DNA of 63,067 nucleotides, the filler included, from Octopus bimaculoides (taxonomy: Eukaryota): the NCBI RefSeq assembly GCF_001194135.2. It is 3 parts of 3 records of this genome, joined end to end, with 100 filler letters (N's around TTAATTAATTAA, not from the genome) between each part and the next. Parts side by side here need not be neighbours in the genome. Positions count along the whole stretch, not along the records: positions 41,002 to 63,067 come from NC_068981.1; 2 more parts are not named here. One strand, given 5' to 3'. This document shows positions 51,836 through 63,067 of the stretch, piece by piece. Made by a program: the position numbers and the translations under genes. Within the stretch, counting starts at the first letter, position 1. Every line of letters begins with the position of its first letter. The notes beneath the pieces are model-generated. The model saw only the letters and a program-made list of their open reading frames with translations. It did no database searches and was not told where the DNA came from.

Positions 51836-52309
51836 ACCACCACTTCCACCAACTACAACTGATGGGAAGCGCTATCCTATTTCTCTGCTGAGTGTGAAGT
51901 TCCGTATATGTCCTAAATCTCTGTTTGACGCATTTAATTTTAATGTAAATTCCGTTCAATATAAATTTCTAGGAAATGTAGAGTATACTTCAGTCTACTT
52001 AGCCACCTTCACAATTAAAGTTATTGTGTACATAACATCCTTTGTCCTCAATCAGAACCACTTAGCACTACCTACATCTTGCCATTCATAGTGACCTATA
52101 CCTCCATTTTTTCCTTTTTATACGCCTCTCTGCATTTACTCTCGCTTCTTTCTACGAACCTCAGCATTCTCTCCCTGCTGCCAAGCCACCTTCATACTGC
52201 GAATTACCCCTTCTGCTTCCCACCGGCTTCTATAAATAGATCCTCTCCATCCATTGTAATATTATTTCCTCCTTTTTTTGACTTCTATTTCTATTCGCAA
52301 TACAGTTCA

Positions 52310-52435
52310 CACTTTATTTACATTAATTACATTTGACGCATAACAGAACGTTTCGGCTGATATACCCTTCATCAGGCGTCTTGGGGAATCTTGGGGTTAG
52401 TAGCCCGTGCTCTTACCCACTATGCCATATGCCCG
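52310..52435 (-). mobile_element. Short element: tRNA-like head joined to a hammerhead-like core and shared tail (internally deleted copy)
   Basis: Reverse complement reads GGCATATGGCATAGTGGGTAAGAGCACGGGCTACTAACCCCAAGATTCC|CCAAGACGC-CTGATGA-AGGGTATATCAGCC-GAAA-CGTT...CGTCAAATGTAATTAATGTAAATAA. Confidence 0.65.
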
Positions 52436-52499
52436 TGGGCAATTATGGAGTGAATTTTAGGGCTTATAAATCTAATATTCTATCCTTCCTCAATATCGG

Positions 52500-52515
52500 T
52501 TCCCATATGCTGTGA

Positions 52516-52599
<84 letters not shown>

Positions 52600-52820
52600 T
52601 AATAATAATAAGAAGAACAACAACAACAAGAACGACAACATCGAAGAATACCTTAGGAATGAGAGCCCAGGTTCGAAATTTCCCCAAAACACCTCATGAA
52701 TGCTGGAGGGTATATCAGCCTAAATGATGTTTTAACAACAAACAAGATGAGAACAAATATCCGTCAAATGTAAATAATGTAAATAATGTACATAATTCCT
52801 CATCTCTTAAATATAGAACC
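52500..52820 (+). mobile_element. Second copy of the same element: (TAA)n, linker, mutated hammerhead-like core, shared tail
   Basis: GTGACCTGA-(ATA)n-...GGTTCGAAATTTCCCCAAAACAC-CTCATGA-ATGCTGGAGGGTATATCAGCC-TAAA-TGAT...CCGTCAAATGTAAATAATGTAAATAA aligns with the minus copy at 52310-52385. Confidence 0.65.
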
Positions 52821-55054
52821 GTTCACACTTGTTTAAACGTTATCTGTTCAAAAGACATCTGAGAGACGGTCTTACTTTCAACTTGAGAATGGCGGAAACA
52901 AGTATTATTTCGATCAGGAAACTCTGGGTAACTGCATTTACCAGATTTGTGGGATTTTTGTCCTAAGATTATCTATCTATCTATCTTTTTTTTCTCTCTC
53001 TCTCTCTTTATATANNNNNNNNNNNNNNNNNNNNNNNNNNNNNNNNNNNNNNNNNNNNNNNNNNNNNNNNNNNNNNNNNNNNNNNNNNNNNNNNNNNNNN
53101 NNNNNNNNNNNNNNNNNNNNNNNNNNNNNNNNNNNNNNNNNNNNNNNNNNNNNNNNNNNNNNNNNNNNNNNNNNNNNNNNNNNNNNNNNNNNNNNNNNNN
53201 NNNNNNNNNNNNNNNNNNNNNNNNNNNNNNNNNNNNNNNNNNNNNNNNNNNNNNNNNNNNNNNNNNNNNNNNNNNNNNNNNNNNNNNNNNNNNNNNNNNN
53301 NNNNNNNNNNNNNNNNNNNNNNNNNNNNNNNNNNNNNNNNNNNNNNNNNNNNNNNNNNNNNNNNNNNNNNNNNNNNNNNNNNNNNNNNNNNNNNNNNNNN
53401 NNNNNNNNNNNNNNNNNNNNNNNNNNNNNNNNNNNNNNNNNNNNNNNNNNNNNNNNNNNNNNNNNNNNNNNNNNNNNNNNNNNNNNNNNNNNNNNNNNNN
53501 NNNNNNNNNNNNNNNNNNNNNNNNNNNNNNNNNNNNNNNNNNNNNNNNNNNNNNNNNNNNNNNNNNNNNNNNNNNNNNNNNNNNNNNNNNNNNNNNNNNN
53601 NNNNNNNNNNNNNNNNNNNNNNNNNNNNNNNNNNNNNNNNNNNNNNNNNNNNNNNNNNNNNNNNNNNNNTATTATTTCACCTTCATCTCTTCTTTTTTCC
53701 ATAATCCGGAATGTATATCAAATGCAAATGAATTCTGTTTTACTGAGAATACAGTTGAATTCCTGAAAGCTGTCCTACGTTCATTTAAATAATAATCGTC
53801 CTTATATAAAATGATATCATTTACAAGATTGTATATTTTATTCTTGAAAGGCTATAAAGATACACGAAGTTTATATAATTTATCCGTATATTTGTACCTT
53901 GTTGATTTATAAAATGCACTTGAATAATTTACTATCGTATATACGAAAACAATTACGCACCGAAACGAAATCGATAGCGTGAAGTTATTACAGCTACCGA
54001 TTCGTGTGTTAACGCGTGTTATGCATAGGTCTGGTCGCTTTTATATCAGGATAGACAACAGCTATATATTTGTGTACGAGAGTGTGTAGTATCAGAAAAT
54101 GTGCATGTACCAATGTACGAAGGTAACTATATGTGCTGGTCAGTGTGTGTGTGTGGGAAATCGGTTGGATACGTGTGGGTATGTGCACGAGCTTGCGCAG
54201 GAAAGCTAATTGGTAATATATGATTATTTAATTTAACATCCCAAGCAAACGTCTATCTAAGCGGAATATGTTTGAAGTGTGATGGTCTTAACTTGATTTA
54301 GAGACCTATGTTTAGTCTCATTTCACTTTCTGTTATATGCCACCGGCTCTACATATTGTAGATGCTATTAATGTTATTGTTGCTATAAATATTGTTGTTG
54401 TAATCATTGAGCTTATATAGTCTCAGCGTTATTTAATTACCCCTGTCATCTCTACCGCGTTTACATCTCTGAGGTCATAAGCATGTAAGACTATGTAATT
54501 GTGTCTGCATGAATTTGGACAGCTACAAGATGTGAACCCAACCGTCCTCCACTCATAATATAATCGGAAGAATATCCCAGTAGCTGGAGGAAGGTACCGG
54601 TGCACGATGAGTCCAAAGGATCTTAGTAAATGATAGAGTCTCGTGAATTACATTTTCACCCACTGACATAATTATTAGTACATTAGGTTTGAGATTTGTG
54701 AAGTTATGAACGACATCCTTGTAAGTTATGGCATTATTGAAATATAAGTTCCATTTGTTATAATTGTATCACTCCCTCATTCATTTACACCTTCTCGTCG
54801 GATAAAAAGATATATGCCTAAACACTGCATGGCGCTAATGTTATGGTATTGTATATGATGATATATACATATTCATGTACATATCTATGTATATAGTTAT
54901 TACTCAAATTAAATATAGTTGTAGATATTGTCCCGAACAGTTAGGGGTGAACCGAAATTCTCACAGTAAACTTGTTTGTCACCAATAAACTCATTTAATA
55001 TTAGGCGACTTCGAATACTGCATATTTAGTCTGAAGACATTTTTCTTTTACATA

Positions 55055-55175
<121 letters not shown>

Positions 55176-55994
55176 TATGTACGTTTATATATTAAATATA
55201 CATTTATATGCATATACATTTTTTAAACGGTTGAATGCGTGTTCGTCCTTTAATTGGAGTAATATTCAAAGATTTCTAACGTTGTTTCGTCTTACTTTAC
55301 TTTTGAATTTACTAATGTAAATATGTGTAGATATGAAAACTTATATAGAAATAGGAAGTATATGATTTAGATTATTAAACACTGTTCAAAAACTTCATTC
55401 ATATTTATGGAAACCGAGAAGATTAGATGTTAAAATGGATTGTAGTTTCTATTACTCATGTTACTATACAATTTGTTTCGTATAGAAAGACAGATATTCA
55501 TAATAGGAAATCTGAGTTGTCAGAAATAGCCTTCTGTAGCTTAGGTAAAAAACTAAAAAGACGTTAGAATTACATATGTATTGTGTTAGTAATCACCTTG
55601 TAATGTGCTCTTGCTCCTGGAGTCATGTCCATCCTAAGTAAGTCTTGTTTAGAATGGACATGACAAATTGTATAACAACATCAGTAATAAAAACTACAAA
55701 GCATTTTAACATCTAATCTCCGTTTACATAAATATGAATGAATTTGTTGAACTGGGTATAATAAGCTAAATCACATATTTAATATTTCTTTCTTTCTCTG
55801 TGTGTATATATATATATATATATAGAAAAGCTGAACATTNNNNNNNNNNNNNNNNNNNNNNNNNNNNNNNNNNNNNNNNNNNNNNNNNNNNNNNNNNNNN
55901 NNNNNNNNNNNNNNNNNNNNNNNNNNNNNNNNNNNNNNNNNNNNNNNATATATATACATACATGTATATATATATGTATATACACATACAAACA

Positions 55995-56030
<36 letters not shown>

Positions 56031-57671
56031 TATGTTCATATATATATATAAATGCAACTATGTATGCATATAAGTATATATATATGACCATTTCTCACAA
56101 TACATCATAAATGCATTTTTAAGCAGAAAACCAACAATGTTGTATGCGTAATCAAAAAGAAGTAAATGGATGTATCTTAAGATAAAAAATATTTTTCGCT
56201 TTCCATATACGACTTCAACTGATTGCTGAATCAACCATTGTACATTTTGGATATATCTGCATATGTATACACTCCCAGACACAAACCAGAAACATAGGTA
56301 GATGTATATGAATGTGTCTCTGTGTATAATTGTTGCTCAAACTATTCTTGAAAACAATAATCCCTCAGATTGAATAGAGCGCTTCATAATCAAGTTTAGC
56401 GTGGTATATTATGTATATGAACAGAATCGAAAACACATTGAAAGCATATATGTAAAAATAGATATTATATTCCATCGTATCCCACCTTTAATTTTTATTT
56501 CATTCCAGTTTCTGCTCGTATTATATAATATATGTAGATATTATATGATACAAATGTGACATACTGCTCGACTTTTTTAAAACCTTTCAGCACTAGACGT
56601 ATTTCTGAGGGCGAGATTTTGTGTGCGCGTCTCAATTTAAATTTCGTACATCATAAAAAAGAAATATTTTCCGTTGTTTGTAGCGAGGTCCTCAATATAT
56701 TGAATAGCGTCCAACATACATTCAACAAAACTCAAGTATATGCTTCCGTCTACACTTCATTTGAATGATTTTTCCCTCATTTAATCATGCGTCCGGTACA
56801 AAGTACTTCTAATGCAGGACTCATTGTTTTAAGATATATGCACCGGATTCATTGCTTTATCTACAAAGACATATGCTGTTTATAAATTTTTGAAGAACAT
56901 AATTTGAATTTATTTATTGTTGAATAATAAGCTATGGGAAATTTAACCACCGATTATGATAAAACACTCAAATTAAGCATATCTTGATTATTTCGCACAA
57001 TTAGATTTATTTCATACACACACACATAAGAGTTCAGGAACGTATATTAATCACTAGAATGAAATATAGATTGTGAGATATTTGTGTATTTGCGTAATGT
57101 GATATATAAGAGTATGTGTGAAAATGAATCACCACAATATGTACGCAATTGTGCTCAAATGATCGGCAACTTCTTTCTAGGTAAGTCAGAGTCATTTTAG
57201 ACCACTTTCCTAGAGTCACCAGAGAAATATATCTCTTTCACCTCCAACTTCCTGTAACAATAAGAAATTCGTCAAGGAAACACACACACACGCACACACA
57301 AAGATATATATATATATATATATACTCTGAGGATATTTAGACCTCTTATAGGAATAGTTTTTATCCAATATATCCTGGTTTAATATATTATAACTTGAAG
57401 AGATATTTCTTCAATAAATATATTATAAAACATCAAATATTATTAATAAGTTTGAAGATGGAGAGATTGAATGGATATAAATTAATTTATCAATTAATTA
57501 ATATTTTCTACTATTGTTTCATTTCCCACCCAATTTAAATCACAAAACAGATATAATAATAAGGTTGTATTTTGAGTAAACTGGGTGGAAGACCTTCAGG
57601 GAAAAATGGACATTACAGAGTTTACATTTTGATCAATTGAAATACTCCCACAGACTTAAAATGAAAACTTA

Positions 57672-57712
<41 letters not shown>
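57672..57712. repeat. (TTA)n microsatellite
   Basis: Direct reading. Confidence 0.9.
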
Positions 57713-57717
<5 letters not shown>

Positions 57718-58785
57718 GCTTTGTAAGTGAAACAATTGTACGCATAGCTAATTAAGTTACAAAGAAATGTATATCCATTGAATCTCTTCATTTTGAAAGT
57801 TATTAATTATACACACACACACACACACACATACACACACACACATATATATGTATATATNNNNNNNNNNNNNNNNNNNNNNNNNNNNNNNNNNNNNNNN
57901 NNNNNNNNNNNNNNNNNNNNNNNNNNNNNNNNNNNNNNNNNNNNNNNNNNNNNNNNNNNNNNNNNATATATATATATATAAACAACACAAATGGCTTAAA
58001 GTTAACCACAACTGTTCCAGACGCGTTGTTTAATCAATTACATCACGAGAATAAAAAAGGTTTTCTTCAGGTCCGGGGAAAATATAACAACATGTTGAAT
58101 ATGGATGGACACACATATTTCGGCAACAATGTGTAGAGAGCAGACATGGAGCTTTAACAAGATTTATTACGTCTATGGGTCACAAAATAATCAACAGACC
58201 ATACCACATCAAATTACTGATTCAAATAGATGGCCAGAGATACGGAATATGAGAAAGACAGAGAGAAATAAATATGGAGAAGTGAAGAAAGGCTGTAGTA
58301 ATTGTTACCCGTTAGTATAGTGAAGACAAATGTCTAAGAGTTGAAACAAGAATTGCTGCTAAACCATCAACCATCGAAAAGGAATAGGTGGGCATCTATG
58401 TATGTAGTACATACACGGATTTGCAAATCTCGATTATCGGCTAGTGTACATAATAGTGAAATACCTTAGTTCAAAGGATTCCTACAAATAATGAATATAT
58501 ATATATACATATTTGCAATAAGTATAACGAAACGATAGAGAATATGGAGACTGGCACACTAAAAATTTATTTCCTTTATTTTACAATGGCATAGAGCATA
58601 ATGTATGAGGTTACGATGACCAACAAGTCATTCTGTGGCACAGTGTGTGACCAGTTGTAAATGCAATTTGGCATAATTTTCTGTGCAGCTTCCTTCAAGG
58701 TCTTTCATCTATTTTGGCTTGTTAGCCGAAACCTGTACCATAGTTGAGAGCCACCACGTTATACGCAGGGATAATATATCTCGCT

Positions 58786-58789
<4 letters not shown>

Positions 58790-58837
<48 letters not shown>
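58790..58837. repeat. (CT)n microsatellite running into an N gap
   Basis: Direct reading. Confidence 0.95.
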
Positions 58838-59884
58838 NNNNNNNNNNNNNNNNNNNNNNNNNNNNNNNNNNNNNNNNNNNNNNNNNNNNNNNNNNNNNNN
58901 NNNNNNNNNNNNNNNNNNNNNNNNNNNNNNNNNNNNNNNNNNNNNNNNNNNNNNNNNNNNNNNNNNNNNNNNNNNNNNNNNNNNNNNNNNNNNNNNNNNN
59001 NNNNNNNNNNNNNNNNNNNNNNNNNNNNNNNNNNNNNNNNNNNNNNNNNNNNNNNNNNNNNNNNNNNNNNNNNNNNNNNNNNNNNNNNNNNNNNNNNNNN
59101 NNNNNNNNNNNNNNNNNNNNNNNNNNNNNNNNNNNNNNNNNNNNNNNNNNNNNNNNNNNNNNNNNNNNNNNNNNNNNNNNNNNNNNNNNNNNNNNNNNNN
59201 NNNNNNNNNNNNNNNNNNNNNNNNNNNNNNNNNNGAGACGCCGAGAGAAAGGGACATCATGACCCATTTCTTAACATACTGACGAACATCCGCATTTGAA
59301 TTAACTTAATCTTTCACGTATCTTAAATGATTTAATATTGTGCGCATTTTTTTTTTTCCGTGGAATAGAAATTTGTACATCAGTCGGGAAACGCTTGCAT
59401 GACTGTGTGGTATTCAACAGTACCGCAGCTTATATTTCTGCCTCCATTTAAATTGGCTAGCGCTTTTCACACAGGCTGTTGCTTATCCAACACCAACATA
59501 TATCACATCAAATTGAGAGGCTATAAATTTAATTAATATGTATGTAGGCTAATGTGTATAACTTTTTTTATGTGTTAGATTGGCCCCTTGCTATTTGAAT
59601 AATGTGTATGAATTGTAATTTATATGCAAAATATTAATATACTCAAACATTAAATGAGTTTAATTTTGATTTTCACGCAACTACGATGATTTCATATATG
59701 TAGTATAATTGGAAATAATTTTGTTACACAGAAAGGCACAAATGCGTTAACATTGCATAGCAGTATACACACACGCATGCATATACAAATGTATGTAGGT
59801 ACGTACGTATATACGTACATAAATATATACATATATACAAGTCTATTATATGTATATGCATGATATATTTATGCATATTTATAC

Positions 59885-59901
59885 ACTTTTATACATACAT
59901 A

Positions 59902-59965
<64 letters not shown>

Positions 59966-60165
59966 TGTGTAGATATATGATGTATCTGTGCATGTATGTA
60001 CATACGTATGTAAGTATGTATCTCTCCCGTTATATATGTGCGTGTGTGTGTATATATATGCATATATATATATGTGTGTATGTGTGTGTGCGTGTGCGCG
60101 CGTGTGTGTATATGTGTGTGTGTGAGTGTGCGTGTGTGTTTGTGTGTGTGTGTGTGTGTGTTGAC
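59885..60165. repeat. Compound (TG)n/(TA)n low-complexity tract
   Basis: Direct reading. Confidence 0.9.
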
Positions 60166-60285
60166 AGAGAGAGAAGACAGAGATGATGAAAATTTTGATT
60201 TTCATTTCCAATAACCATTTCAAAGATATATTTTATGCTTCCTAAAAGATGGTTCTCAGGTCCTAGTGCGGTATCGGTTTTTCAG

Positions 60286-60375
60286 GATCATATCTCCCCG
60301 TACTTTTGTGACAGCGGAGTTGAACCTCCTCCGGTTTACAGCCCAGAAGCAAACCCAGAGAGACCGATAAATAGG
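60286..60375 (+). CDS. Candidate 90-nt internal coding exon of an unidentified host gene (DHISPYFCDSGVEPPPVYSPEANPERPINR)
   Basis: Acceptor GGTTTTTCAG|G and donor AGG|GTAGGC; phase 0-0; only this frame is open; locally GC-richer than its flanks. No homology recognised. Confidence 0.35.
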
Positions 60376-61775
60376 GTAGGCCTCATAAAACTTTCGCAAC
60401 ATCTACGCCAGGACTGTTTGTGTATGATGTATTAGGTACAGGATTTAATGACTGCACGTGTGAGTAAATGCGTGTACGTTTGAATTGTGTGTGTGCGTAC
60501 GTGTGTGCGTGCGTGTGTGTATGTGTGTGTGTGACAGTTTATCCAACAGCACTTGTAGATAACTTGGGGTTGAGTTTCGGTGCAGGGCCTTAAAAAATAA
60601 TGTAATGCGTTCGATTGGTTCGACTAAAATCCTACAAGTTACTGTCTCGTGGCTTTAAGAACTGAGAGATCTGCCAAAACATTTGGCACATCGAAACGAT
60701 CGTAAATGACTCATTATATAATCTCCACATAATTAAATCAATGGCTAACTAGTCCAATTGACTTGCTTCTTCTCGTGTTTATTTCTCCATTCTCCACTTA
60801 CTTATAATTATAAACTGCGGTTTAAACGATAAATTACTTGCCTCTGGATACCTTCTAAAAAAGACGGTACCCACACAAGTAATCTCCAGGAGTGCTTTCG
60901 GATTTAACTATCCCCTGGTTGCTTAGATACTTCAGACTACCCTTGAAATATTGAAACAATCCTATTATATGCCTATATATATATATATNNNNNNNNNNNN
61001 NNNNNNNNNNNNNNNNNNNNNNNNNNNNNNNNNNNNNNNNNNNNNNNNNNNNNNNNNNNNNNNNNNNNNNNNNNNNNNNNNNNNNNNNNNNNNNNNNNNN
61101 NNNNNNNNNNNNNNNNNNNNNNNNNNNNNNNNNNNNNNNNNNNNNNNNNNNNNNNNNNNNNNNNNNNNNNNNNNNNNNNNNNNNNNNNNNNNNNNNNNNN
61201 NNNNATATATATATATATATATATATACGTGTGTGTATGTAGTTGTGGGTGTGCATGTACGTCTTGGTTTGAATCGTGTTACCCATGGTATCGTATAATA
61301 AATACTGTTTCCTTGCAGCAAGTTATATAATGAAGTCATTTATATTTTGTGAAAATCACTTGCCCTATGTATACACATAAATGTAGATGTTTGTATTTAT
61401 ATGCGTGTATGTATATATGTGTATGCGTCTGTTTTCATACCATTATCTACACTGTGTGAATTCAACATTTATATATACGTATGCGTGTATGCATTCATGT
61501 ATGTATGTATGTATGTATGTATGTATGTATGTATGCAATGTATCACATTAAATGTGTCTGTAGGTGAGAGGATCCATGTGTGTATGTGTGTGTACTTACA
61601 CTAAATGGAAACTTGTTCATGTATATAATTTATAAATTCATACACAATTACACAAACCCGCCTTCTTATACATAGACGTAATAGATCCACATATATATAC
61701 AGGTACATGTGTGCATGTAAACAGATATATATATAAATATATATATGTATGTATATATATATGTACACACACACG

Positions 61776-61843
<68 letters not shown>

Positions 61844-61953
61844 TACACGCACATGCAACACATATTCTCACCCTTGTGCGTGTGCTTGCGTGAGTATGTG
61901 TGTGTGGGTGTGTCTCTGGGTGTGTGTGTGTGTCTGCGCCCGCTTGTGCATCA

Positions 61954-62775
61954 GTGAGTGTTAGTATATCTTTCCGATAGGGAATTTTTCAGTATTTCAC
62001 ATCAATTTCGGTAAGAATTCCAGTAAACCGCATAGTTGAAATAATAGAATATTTCGTCAACTTTAACACTAATACATTTATTCTGGTAGAACCATTGTTT
62101 TCTCTATATTTCATGTCATAATATAAATTGCATACATGTTGTGTATATATATATATTGCATTTTTGTCTGAATGTACTTATTTATGAGTATTTATACATA
62201 CGTACATGAACACTTAAGTCCCGTTTTAAATCAATTCAGTTTAAAACATTCAGAAATTAATGAAGCAGACGTTAATAATAATACTTACTACCATAACTTC
62301 CCGGTTTGTCTTTAGGTCACAACATATACTATAATATGTAAATGCCACTATATTGGTAATGTCCAAAATACCTGTTGTCGCGACAGAGAAGTTTATTTAA
62401 AAATTAGGGTACGATGAACATCCTATACAACACGAGGATTTTAAATTAATACAAATATATGGTAAAAGATAAAACCAAACCACTAGAATGTACCCAATGT
62501 ATAGAGTAAATTGTAGAAGCAAGTAAATCTTTTAAGTATTCCTACCCACATATATATTTCAGACATATCTATCACTTCTCGTGTGTGTGTGTGTGGGGGG
62601 GTGTGTGCGTGCGTGTGTATGAGTGAGTGTTAGTATGTCTTTCCAATAGGGAGTATTTCAGTATTTCACATCAATTTCGTTAAGAATTTCAGTAAACCGC
62701 AAAGTTGAATTAATAGAATATTTAGTCAACTTTAACACTAATACATTTATTCTGGTAGAACCATTGTTTTCTCTC
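61954..62775 (+). repeat. Recent direct duplication of about 153 bp (61954-62106 and 62623-62775; offset 669)
   Basis: GTGAGTGTTAGTAT.TCTTTCC.ATAGGGA...CACTAATACATTTATTCTGGTAGAACCATTGTTTTCTCT, about 90% identical by eye; each copy follows a TG tract. Confidence 0.9.
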
Positions 62776-63067
62776 TATTTCCTCCATAATTCTGCGAGAT
62801 CATTATAAAACTGTCCTACAGTTTCATCAGAATGCGACATTGTTTATGCATGAACACTGATAACGGTAAGAAACCTACCGTTTGTAAGTTTTATATTGCT
62901 TGATATGGTTCGTTCAGATATACCACTTGGAAATTCTGCCATGGAGGATACTAAAGAATGTGTCACAGGCTGTCATCCTGCCACTGTGGTCAAACATTTC
63001 TGAAGAAGAAGTAAACATCCTCTGAATTTTGGCTGTTGGAATGTGCATATATATATATATATATATA

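Noticed and set aside
54757-55022. Possible solo LTR (TG...AATAAA...CA)
   Set aside because: No second copy, TSD, PBS or PPT could be identified.
62800-62835. Minus-strand CTGATGA followed by a small hairpin
   Set aside because: No GAAA after the hairpin, so it is not a hammerhead.

Overview
This is AT-rich, repeat-dense animal genomic DNA from a draft assembly with many N gaps, nearly all at (TA)n arrays. The SINE and microsatellite content resembles octopus/coleoid cephalopod DNA, but that is my inference and was not database-checked. Two 100-bp artificial spacers (44 N + TTAATTAATTAA + 44 N) split the window into three independently assembled blocks: 1-23617, 23718-40901 and 41002-63067. 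I recognise no complete host gene, only a few weak candidate exons. The coding-like content is decayed transposable elements: a mariner with both TIRs (1128-2255), a near full-length Helitron RepHel (~30980-35343), three R4/Dong-type non-LTR fragments, a Penelope-like remnant, two Tx1/L1-like pieces and an internally deleted Gypsy pol. Dozens of tRNA-derived SINE copies of at least three families are present, often in tandem. The most interesting structures are (i) two head-to-head copies of a short element that appears to combine a tRNA-like head, an internal (TAA)n and a minimal hammerhead-ribozyme-like core (52310-52820), and (ii) a 1.3-kb TSD-flanked, polyadenylated chimera of a SINE head, a Tx1 ORF1 start and a Tx1 ORF2 end (29612-30924). 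No CRISPR array, rRNA or intact tRNA was found.
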